From positions 1,024,001-1,088,000 of the forward strand of contig CBDCXV010000010.1 in the NCBI GenBank assembly GCA_965223905.1: a stretch of DNA of 64,000 bases, given 5' to 3'. The DNA is from Candidatus Latescibacterota bacterium (lineage in GTDB: Bacteria > Latescibacterota > UBA2968 > UBA8231). A program made the translations under genes and the position numbers. This document shows, one piece after another, positions 9,957 to 18,364 of the stretch (position 1 is its first letter; the number at the start of each line of letters is the position of its first letter). A model generated the notes under the pieces. It made no database searches, was not told where the DNA came from, and saw only the letters and a list, made by a program, of their open reading frames with translations.

Positions 9957-10916
9957 TCACCCCACCGATTCCTGAATTTTCCGGACCGCCGCGAGGAGGT
10001 CGCCGGGCAGCGGCCCTTTGAGGCCGGCCCGGTAGTTGGCCTCCACTTCCCCGGGGCTCTGCGCCCCGGGAATGACGGTGTGGATGGCGGGATTGGAGAG
10101 GATGTAGCGCAGGCTGAGTTCGTTCATCGGGATGCCGGTCTCCTCGCTGAGCCGGTAGAACCGGCCGATCAGCTCCAGGGCGCGCGAGTCGAGCAGGCTG
10201 CCGGGGACTCCCGGGCTCTTCTTCAGCTCTTCCAGGCGGCCGCGCTGCACCGCGGACAGCATGCCGTTGCAGAAGGGGCCGCCGGCGACGATGCCGATGT
10301 CGTGGGCGCGCGCCGCGGGCAGCAGCCGCTCGGCTATCGGCTGCTGCAGCAGGGTGTAGCCGTTGGCGATCTCGACGACGTCGAAGCGGCCGGTCTCGGC
10401 GAGGCGCGCGGGAAACGGCGCCCGGTTGCTGCCGAGGCCGATGGCGCCGATGACCCCTTCCTCCCGGAGATCCTCCAGCACCCGGAGCACGGGGGCCTCG
10501 AGGTTGTCGTCCCACCCCCAGGACTCCTCCTCCGGCTCGTGGATGAACAGCATGTCGAGGCGGTCCCTGCGTAGCAGCCAGAGGGTGTGGTCGACGACGC
10601 GGCGGATGCAGTCCTCGCTGCGGTACGCCTCGGCCCCGAGGTAGGGGACGATCGACCGCTGCAGCTGCCCGATCTTCGAGCTGATGAAGACCCGGCTTTC
10701 CGGGCGGCGGGCGAGCACCCGGCCGATCAGCTCCTCGCTTTCGCCGCAGCCGTACGACGGGGCGGTGTCGATGTAGTTGATGCCGAGGGCGACGGCGCGG
10801 TCGAGCAGGGCCAGGGCGTCGGCGCGCGGGACGCCGAACTCGCTGGTGAACCGGTAGGTTCCCAGGGCGATGCGCGTGACCTCGTACCCGGTGCGTCCCA
10901 GAATCCGTTTTTCCAT
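9957..10916 (-). CDS. Aldo/keto reductase
   Basis: LGRTG, GINYIDTAPSYG, SEELIG, IGLGSN, VIPGA. Confidence 0.9.
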   Translation of the reverse strand: MEKRILGRTGYEVTRIALGTYRFTSEFGVPRADALALLDRAVALGINYIDTAPSYGCGESEELIGRVLARRPESRVFISSKIGQLQRSIVPYLGAEAYRSEDCIRRVVDHTLWLLRRDRLDMLFIHEPEEESWGWDDNLEAPVLRVLEDLREEGVIGAIGLGSNRAPFPARLAETGRFDVVEIANGYTLLQQPIAERLLPAARAHDIGIVAGGPFCNGMLSAVQRGRLEELKKSPGVPGSLLDSRALELIGRFYRLSEETGIPMNELSLRYILSNPAIHTVIPGAQSPGEVEANYRAGLKGPLPGDLLAAVRKIQESVG

Positions 10917-11176
10917 CTCTTCTTTTCAGCCTCGGGTCGGCCGGCTCGCGTCTCCAGTGCGGGATTACCAGGAGACAATCATGCAAGAAGATACTGCGGT
11001 TCCCCGGCAAAACCGCCGCAGCTTCCCCACCGGCCGGTCAGCTTCTGACACCAGGGATGACCTGCCCTGCGCTCTTGCGGTCGCTCACATCGACCCCCCG
11101 GACCGCGGCCACCCGCGCACCAGCCTCCGGTGAACGGCAGCATTGCCAGAGTAGCCTGGATGCATCTCCACGAGTT

Positions 11177-11198
11177 GTGTATTATATATGTAATACAC
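11177..11198. promoter_or_regulatory. YtrA-type GntR operator palindrome GTGTATTA-N6-TAATACAC
   Basis: Perfect 8-bp inverted repeat 11 bp upstream of the GntR start; AT-rich in a GC-rich background. Confidence 0.8.
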
Positions 11199-11209
11199 TA
11201 ATTCACCTT

Positions 11210-11608
11210 ATGCTGATCGCCATCGACCATCACAGCGGCGTCCCGGTGTTCAGGCAGATCATGGACCAGGTCAAATTCCACATCGCCAGCGGTCTGATCG
11301 GTCCGGATGACGAGTTGCCGTCGACACGCGCCCTGTCCACCGAGCTCGGGCTGAACCCGATGACGGTCAGCAAGGCGTACAGCCTGCTGGAGGCGGAAGG
11401 GGTGGTGGAGCGTCGGCGCGGACGGCCTCTCACCGTGAGGGCCCGGCCCGAGCCGGAAATGAAGGCGAGCAGGATCGAACAGCTGCAGCCCCAACTCAAG
11501 GCCCTGGCAACCAGGGCGCGTCAGTTGGGTCTGAGCAGGAAGCAGGTTATCGAGCTGCTGCGCGACGCCATGCGTGACGCGGAGCAAAAGGAAGGAGAGA
11601 CGGAATGA
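11210..11608 (+). CDS. GntR family regulator, YtrA subfamily (copy 1)
   Basis: PVFRQI, LPSTRALSTELGLNPMTVSKAYSLLE. Confidence 0.9.
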   Translation: MLIAIDHHSGVPVFRQIMDQVKFHIASGLIGPDDELPSTRALSTELGLNPMTVSKAYSLLEAEGVVERRRGRPLTVRARPEPEMKASRIEQLQPQLKALATRARQLGLSRKQVIELLRDAMRDAEQKEGETE

Positions 11609-12495
11609 ATGCGGTCGTTGAAACGGACGGACTCACCAAGACGTTCTCCGGGGCAAGGGCCCTCGATGGCGTTGACCTGTCGCTTCCCCGCCATTCGATC
11701 ATCGGCCTCATCGGCCGCAACGGCAGCGGCAAGACCACGCTCGTCCGTCATATCGTCGGACTCTACCTGCCGACGGCGGGCACCTGCTCGACCCTGGGCA
11801 CGCCCAGCCATCGGCTGGGTCCTTCCGAGTTGTCACGAATCGGCGTGGTGCACCAGGAGAGCCGTCTGCTGGAGTGGATGAAGGTCGGCCAGCACCTGCG
11901 CTACGTCGGCTCCTTCTACGAGCGCTGGGACCGAGAACTCGAGCGGCGCCTGCTAGACGAGCTCGAGCTCGATGCCAGGCAGCGCGTCCGCCATCTGTCC
12001 GGCGGGGACCTGCAGAAGCTGGCCATCATTCTGGCCGTGTGTCATCGGCCGCAGCTGCTCCTGCTCGACGAACCGCTATCCGGCCTCGACCCGATCGTGC
12101 GTGAACAGGTGCTCAACTACCTGGTGGAAACACTGGATGAGAAGACCCATACCATCGTCGTTTCCTCCCACATCCTGCGCGACATCGAGAGGATCGTCGA
12201 CCGCGTCGTCTGTCTCGACCGGGGCAGGTTGAAAGCCCACGCAGCGCTCGATCAGCTGCAGGAGTCGTACGCCGAATGGGAGGTCAGGCCGTCCGAAGGG
12301 GCGCTGCCGGAGCGTTTCGCCGAACCCTACGTGCTCTCCCAGGACTGCAGCCCCCGGCTGGCCCGCCTCGTGGTGCGCCAGCCCTCCTCAAGGGATCTGC
12401 AGGCGTTCGAAGCAAAGCATTCCGCCGAGGTCAGCCGCAAACCCCTCAACCTGGAAGCGCTGTTTCCCCTGCTGTTGGCGGAGGATGAACGATGA
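11605..12495 (+). CDS. ABC transporter ATP-binding protein, YtrB-like (copy 1)
   Basis: GRNGSGKTT, LSGG, LLLDEP, SSH; ATGA overlap. Confidence 0.95.
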   Translation: MNAVVETDGLTKTFSGARALDGVDLSLPRHSIIGLIGRNGSGKTTLVRHIVGLYLPTAGTCSTLGTPSHRLGPSELSRIGVVHQESRLLEWMKVGQHLRYVGSFYERWDRELERRLLDELELDARQRVRHLSGGDLQKLAIILAVCHRPQLLLLDEPLSGLDPIVREQVLNYLVETLDEKTHTIVVSSHILRDIERIVDRVVCLDRGRLKAHAALDQLQESYAEWEVRPSEGALPERFAEPYVLSQDCSPRLARLVVRQPSSRDLQAFEAKHSAEVSRKPLNLEALFPLLLAEDER

Positions 12496-13880
12496 GCTTC
12501 CTGACCAGCTTCTACCTGTTACTGGCAAAGTCCCCCTCGCTCTTATTCCTAGGGATATCCTGCCTCGCATTTGCTTTGCTGGTATTCTCCTCGCATGGCG
12601 AGTTCCCCCCTGGATGGACGTTTTGGTTTTCGTTTTTAATCGGCACTTTTGTGGCGAATGTGTTCTTGGATAAGATGCATTGCTTCTTCACCTGGACGCT
12701 GCCCGGCTGGCGCCGTCGTCTGGCCGGGTGGGTATTGGTCAGCGGAATCGCTGTCGCGTTGCTATCGACGACAGTGGCTACCGGGTTGGGTCTGCCCTGG
12801 ATCCTGTCACCATTGATGCTCCTCTCCTACTTATTAGGTGTCTACCAATACTTAGGTGTCTACCAATTGCCCCGCAACCACCTAAGCAGGCTAGTTTTAT
12901 TTTTTCTTTTCTTACTGATTGTCCTGTTCATTGCAGATGAAGTCGTGGCCTTTTGCCTCCATCACCCTGCTCTGACTCTGGCCGGGACGGTCATCGCCTG
13001 CTCTGCCAATCTGTACTCTGCTCTGAATGTGCGGTCTGCGCCACAGTGGCTTTTCGAGCCGATTGGCCAGGAGCGGCAACGCCGTTGGCGAATGCCGTGG
13101 GGGCGGGATGTCGGCGATGTCTGGAAGGATGAGTTCCTCGGAGAGGGGATCGCGAACTGGCTCAGAGCCGGTCGCTACGAGACGTCCGGTCAGGTGGATA
13201 GGAGGTGGCCGATGGCGAGCTTATTCCTCTCCATGTTCACCATGTTTTTTACCCTCGTGGTTGGCTACATCCTGAGTTCGAAGAGAGGGGATGGCTCATG
13301 GGTCCACAGCCACTTCGCAGTAACGTTGACCGGCTCACCGCCCATGGAGACCGCTCTGCTGATAACGGTATCCTTCATTGTGTGTATGTGCTTCTTCCCA
13401 GGCACAATGTCGTCGTTCTCGCTCCGCCAGGGCTGGCTTTACCCCCTGTCGCGAGTACAGCTGGCCCATCTCACCTACTTTGGCAGCCTGTTACAAGCTC
13501 TGAGCTTCACCCTCATACTGGGGGCCTGTTTCGTCGTTGCAGGAGCGCTGGTCGGCCATCTGATCGGGCGGGGCTATTCTCTGGCCGACTCCAGTAGAAT
13601 ACTGGGCCTGACCGCCTGGGGTCCCGTCTATGCTCCTTTGATGCAATGGGCCCATCACACCATGATGGATTCGAAGCTCCGGCCGAAATCCGGATTGCCG
13701 CTGGCCGTCTATGGTTTGTTCGTCCTCTTGCCCTGGGGTTTTGCCGGCCTCTGCCATCAGTACCTGCTCGCGGCGATCGGGGCCTACACCTTCGCCCTGC
13801 TCGGCGTTCTGTTCGCGGCGCTGCAGGCATGCTATTTCTTCGGCCTGAGGAGATATTACGCACGGGCAGATCTCATCTGA
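12492..13880 (+). CDS. Polytopic membrane protein, putative ABC permease (copy 1)
   Basis: About 12 hydrophobic segments; ATGA-coupled to the ATPase. Confidence 0.8.
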   Translation: MSFLTSFYLLLAKSPSLLFLGISCLAFALLVFSSHGEFPPGWTFWFSFLIGTFVANVFLDKMHCFFTWTLPGWRRRLAGWVLVSGIAVALLSTTVATGLGLPWILSPLMLLSYLLGVYQYLGVYQLPRNHLSRLVLFFLFLLIVLFIADEVVAFCLHHPALTLAGTVIACSANLYSALNVRSAPQWLFEPIGQERQRRWRMPWGRDVGDVWKDEFLGEGIANWLRAGRYETSGQVDRRWPMASLFLSMFTMFFTLVVGYILSSKRGDGSWVHSHFAVTLTGSPPMETALLITVSFIVCMCFFPGTMSSFSLRQGWLYPLSRVQLAHLTYFGSLLQALSFTLILGACFVVAGALVGHLIGRGYSLADSSRILGLTAWGPVYAPLMQWAHHTMMDSKLRPKSGLPLAVYGLFVLLPWGFAGLCHQYLLAAIGAYTFALLGVLFAALQACYFFGLRRYYARADLI

Positions 13881-14059
13881 TTTCCCGAGGTGTTGCACGA
13901 ACGTCGTTACAATTCGCGGATCCTTCACGTGAGTGCATTGCGGGGGTTCCCATCGCTGCTCGGCAGGGTGAGTCGGAGAGGATGGAAATCGGTCTTCCGA
14001 CCACAGAAGTTCATCCCCATGATAGATGAGAACCGAAGCACAGCTTCCGCGCTTTCCGA

Positions 14060-14413
14060 AGCGGCGTGCCGGTGTTCAGGCAGATCATGGACCAGGTCAA
14101 ATTCCACATCGCCAGCGGCTTGATCGGTCCGGATGACGAGTTGCCGTCGACGCGCGCCCTGTCCACCGAGCTCGGGCTGAACCCGATGACGGTCAGCAAG
14201 GCGTACAGCCTGCTGGAGGCGGAAGGGGTGGTGGAGCGTCGGCGCGGACGGCCTCTCACCGTGAGGGCCCGGCCCGAGCCGGAAATGAAGGCGAGCAGGA
14301 TCGAACAGCTGCAGCCCCAGCTCAAGGCCCTGGCAACCAGGGCGCGACAGCTGGGTCTGAGCAGGAAGCAGGTCATCGAGCTGCTGCGCGACGCCATGCG
14401 TGACGCGGAGTAA
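14060..14413 (+). pseudogene. GntR/YtrA copy 2, lacking the first ~7 codons and the operator
   Basis: Near-identical to copy 1 from agcggcgt onward; upstream sequence unrelated; may still start at GTG 14066. Confidence 0.7.
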
Positions 14414-14439
14414 GGAGTAGTAAAGGAAGGAGTGACGGA

Positions 14440-15330
14440 ATGGATGCGGTCGTTGAAACGGACGGACTCACCAAGACGTTCTCCGGGGTCAGGGCCCTGG
14501 ATGAAGTGGACCTGTCGCTTCCCCGCCATTCGATCATCGGCCTCATCGGCCGCAACGGCAGCGGAAAAACCACGCTCGTGCGTCATATCGTCGGACTCTA
14601 CCTGCCGACCGCGGGCACCTGCTCGACCCTGGGCACCCCCAGCCATCGACTGGGGCCTTCCGAGTTGTCACGGATCGGAATGGTGCACCAGGAGAGCCGT
14701 CTGATGGAGTGGATGAAGGTCGGCCAGCACCTGCGTTTTGTCGGCTCCTTCTACGAGCGCTGGGACCGGGATCTCGAGCGGCGCCTGCTCGACGAGCTCG
14801 AGCTTGATGCCGGCAAGCGCGTCGGCCATCTGTCCGGCGGCGACCTGCAGAAGCTGGCCGTCATTCTGGCCGTGTGCCATCGGCCGCAGCTTCTCCTGCT
14901 CGACGAACCGCTCGCCGGCCTCGATCCGATCGCGCGCGAACAGGTGCTCGATTACCTGGTGGAAACACTGGATGAGGAGACCCATACCATCGTGATCTCC
15001 TCCCACATCCTGCGCGACATCGAGAGGATCGTCGACCGCGTCGTCTGTCTCGACCGGGGAAGGTTGAAAGCCCACGCAGCGCTCGATCAGCTGCAGGAGT
15101 CGTACGCGGAATGGGAGGTCCGGGCGTCAAAGGGCGCGCTGCCGGAGCGATTCGCCGAACCCTACGTGCTCTCCCAGGACTGCAGCCCCCGGATGGCGCG
15201 CCTGGTGGTTCGCCGGCCCTCCCGGAGCGACCAGGCGGCGTTCGAAGCGGAGCATTCCGCCGAGGTCAGTCGCAAACCCCTGAACCTGGAAGCGCTCTTT
15301 CCCCTGCTGCTGACGGAGGATGAACGATGA
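14440..15330 (+). CDS. ABC transporter ATP-binding protein (copy 2)
   Basis: Same length (296 aa) as copy 1 and highly similar to it. Confidence 0.95.
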   Translation: MDAVVETDGLTKTFSGVRALDEVDLSLPRHSIIGLIGRNGSGKTTLVRHIVGLYLPTAGTCSTLGTPSHRLGPSELSRIGMVHQESRLMEWMKVGQHLRFVGSFYERWDRDLERRLLDELELDAGKRVGHLSGGDLQKLAVILAVCHRPQLLLLDEPLAGLDPIAREQVLDYLVETLDEETHTIVISSHILRDIERIVDRVVCLDRGRLKAHAALDQLQESYAEWEVRASKGALPERFAEPYVLSQDCSPRMARLVVRRPSRSDQAAFEAEHSAEVSRKPLNLEALFPLLLTEDER

Positions 15331-16771
15331 GCTTCCTGGCATGCTTCTATCTGTTCCTGGGAGTTCGCCCACTCCTGATAGGGGTAATCTGCGGCGCCAT
15401 TCTGTGGCTCCATTTCCCCTTCATGGATGGTGAGTTCGGTTTCGTTGGATTTGCCCTGCATTTTCCGTGGGCGGTCGGCCTGCTGGTGGGAATCGGGGCG
15501 TGGACGATTCAGCCTGGGTGGACGATGCAGCCTGTGTTCATCTGGACGCTGCCCGGCTGGCGCCGTCGGCTGGGCACGGGTGTATTGGTCAGCGGCATCG
15601 CCGTCGCGTCGCTATCCACGGCAGCGGTGCCCTGGTTGGGTCCGCCATGGATCCTGTTTCCGCTTATGATCCTCTTCTACTTCGCAGGCTTCTATCTGGG
15701 CACCCGACAAATTGCGCCGGGAAGGGGGTTCCTCATCGCAGTGGTTTATCTTCTTTTCCCCCTGATTTTCATGGTCTTCGGCGATGAAATCGTGGCCTTC
15801 TGCTTAAATCACCCTGCTCACACCCTGGCCGCGACAGTCGTTGTCTGCCCTGCCATCCTGTACTCTGTCCTGAATGCGGGCTCTGCGCGGAAGCGGCTGT
15901 CCGCTCCGGTCTACAAGCCCGGCCAGGGGGGGCAACGCAGGTTGCGAATGCCGTGGACGCGAAATGTCGGGGATGCCTGGAAGGAGGAGTTCCTCGGAGA
16001 CGGTATCGCGAACTGGCTCAGAGCCGGTGACTACGAGAGGTCCGGAATGGTGGGTGGAGGGTGGCCGAAGGTGAGCTTTACCGTCTCCCTGTTCCTCGTG
16101 CTTGCCGTCTTCCTGCTCGGCTGCTTCATGGATTATATGAGAGGGGATGGCACACTGGCCTGCAGCCACTTCGCACTGACGTTGACCGGTTCACCGCTGA
16201 TGGAGACCGCGGAGACAGCGACGGAGACAGCGGAGGCTCTGTTTCTGTTGATAGTGGTATCCTTCATGGTTTGGTTGGGCTTCTTGGTCTGTTTAATGCC
16301 GTTGTTCTGGCTGCGCAGGGGCGCCCTCTACCCCCTGTCGCGATTGCAGCTTGCTCGCCTCACCTACGCAGGGAGCCTGTTTCAGGCTCTGAGCTTCACC
16401 CTCCTGCTCGGGGCATGCTTCGTCGCGCGGCTGGCGCGCTGGTCGGCCTTTTTTCTGGCGAGGGCTACTCTTTGGAGGACTCGAGCGGGATACTCGGTCT
16501 GATCGCCTGGGGCCCTGTCTATGTTCCGTTGATGCAGTGGTTCTATCACACCATGGTCGACTCGAAGAACCAGTTCAAATCCGGATGGCTGCTCGCCGTT
16601 TATTTCCTGCTCGTCGTTTTACCTTGGGCTTTTGCGGGGATCTACCATCAACATCTGACCGCGGCCATCGGCGCCTACACCTTCGTCCTGCTCGGCGCCC
16701 TGTTCGCAGCTCTGCAGGCCGCATACTACTTCGGCCTGAAGCGATATTACGCACGGGCAGATCTCATCTGA
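15327..16771 (+). pseudogene. ABC permease copy 2, +2 frameshift at ~16425-16429
   Basis: Homology to copy 1 switches from ORF 15327..16502 to ORF 16061..16771; both copies end YYARADLI. Confidence 0.8.
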
Positions 16772-17129
16772 TTCCCGGAGATGTTGCGCCCTCTTCAATT
16801 CGCGGATCCTGCGGGTGACGGCGTTGCCGCATTTTTCGAGTCAGATGGCGCACCGGCACCAGGCGCACCCCGCCTTCGGTGTACCCGATCATCCAAGGCA
16901 GGAGAGCCTACCGCGAGGCACGAGCTCTGGGCGCCAAGATTAAGAGTGACCTCCGGCTGAAAGCGGCGGTTCTGGGTTGCCCATCGGTGGCCGGGCGAGC
17001 GAGTCGAACAAGGATGGACATCGACCTCCCGATCACGGAAGTTGAGACCGACGAATCGATAGATGAGAAACTTAAGAACAACACTGCCCCTTTCTGCACC
17101 CGTTTCCGCAACCGACCCGGAGGCCGACC

Positions 17130-17966
17130 ATGCCGAAGCTCCTCAGTGAAGAGGCGATCGCCCAGTACAGGCGAGACGGGTATTTCTTTCCCGTGCGTAT
17201 GCTCGACGACGGCGAAGTCGCCGCCAACCGGCAGAAGCTCGAGGCCTTCGAGGCTTCCCAGGGTCATCCGATCGAAGGGCCACAGCGCAGCAAGTCCCAT
17301 CTCTTGTTCACCTGGATCGACGACCTGATGCGGCACGATCGCATCCTCGATGCAGTCGAGGACCTGATCGGTCCCGACATCCTGTGCTGGAATACCTTCT
17401 TCTGGATCAAGGAACCCTGGAGCGAAACTTTCGTCTCGTGGCATCAGGACCTCCGCTACTGGGGCCTCGACAGCGGCGACCTGGTGACCGTCTGGTTGGC
17501 TCTTTCGCCGGCGACACCCGAAACCGGCTGCATGCGCGTCCTGCCCGGCAGTCACGTCGGCGACCTCCTGCCCCACAGCGACGAGTACCAGCAGAACAAC
17601 ATGCTCACCCGGGGTCAGGAGATTTCCGTCGACGTGGACGAAGCCAAGGCGGTGGACATGCCGCTGCAACCGGGTGAAATCTCACTCCACAACGTGCGCC
17701 TCGCGCACGCATCGAGCCCCAACCAGTCGCCAGATCGCCGCATCGGCCTGTCGCTGCATTTCATGCCGACGAGCACCAGGCAGATCGTCGGCGAATGGGA
17801 CAGCGCCGCGCTCGTTCGCGGCACCGACCGATACGGTCACTTCAAACATACCCCGCGGCCCGGGACCGACTACGATCCGGCCGCTGTCGAGTTTCACGAG
17901 CAGGCGACCAACGCGGTGCGCGAAATCCTGTTCAAGGACGCCGAGAAGGTCCGTCAGACCCTCTGA
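17130..17966 (+). CDS. Phytanoyl-CoA dioxygenase (PhyH) family protein
   Basis: SWHQD, VWLALS, GCMRVLPGSH, HAS..N..DRRIG. Confidence 0.9.
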   Translation: MPKLLSEEAIAQYRRDGYFFPVRMLDDGEVAANRQKLEAFEASQGHPIEGPQRSKSHLLFTWIDDLMRHDRILDAVEDLIGPDILCWNTFFWIKEPWSETFVSWHQDLRYWGLDSGDLVTVWLALSPATPETGCMRVLPGSHVGDLLPHSDEYQQNNMLTRGQEISVDVDEAKAVDMPLQPGEISLHNVRLAHASSPNQSPDRRIGLSLHFMPTSTRQIVGEWDSAALVRGTDRYGHFKHTPRPGTDYDPAAVEFHEQATNAVREILFKDAEKVRQTL

Positions 17967-18132
17967 TCCCGGTTGGCATGCGGAAGGGCGTTCGAGAACG
18001 GGTGCAGGGTCTCACCGGGATCGCGTTACACGATCCCGCAAGTTCGCCGACCCCGATTTCGTCTCCACTAACCAGGGCCTCCTTGTCCTCGGCCGTGCCT
18101 CCGTTGCAGACCGGGGCATTGCCAAGCCTACA

Positions 18133-18166
18133 TAGTGTCCCGTCGCAGAGATAGATTGATAAAATT
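18133..18166. repeat. Orphan IS630-like terminus
   Basis: tagtgtcccgtcgcagagatagattga resembles the (C)TAGTGTC ends at 54350-54448. Confidence 0.4.
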
Positions 18167-18364
18167 GGGACGCCGTGAGCCGGGATGCAGCGGCGACTGA
18201 ATTCAGGCGGAATTGCGCAAGCAGGCACAAGTTTCCCCTGATGCCCATCTGATCGATCCCGGGGTCGAACGCAAACTTTCCCCTCTCCAGACAGTCGACG
18301 GCGAGTGATGTCACCGAGCCGGCGAAGATTGTCAGCGGCCGGACAGGCTCAGGCAGGCAGCGGG

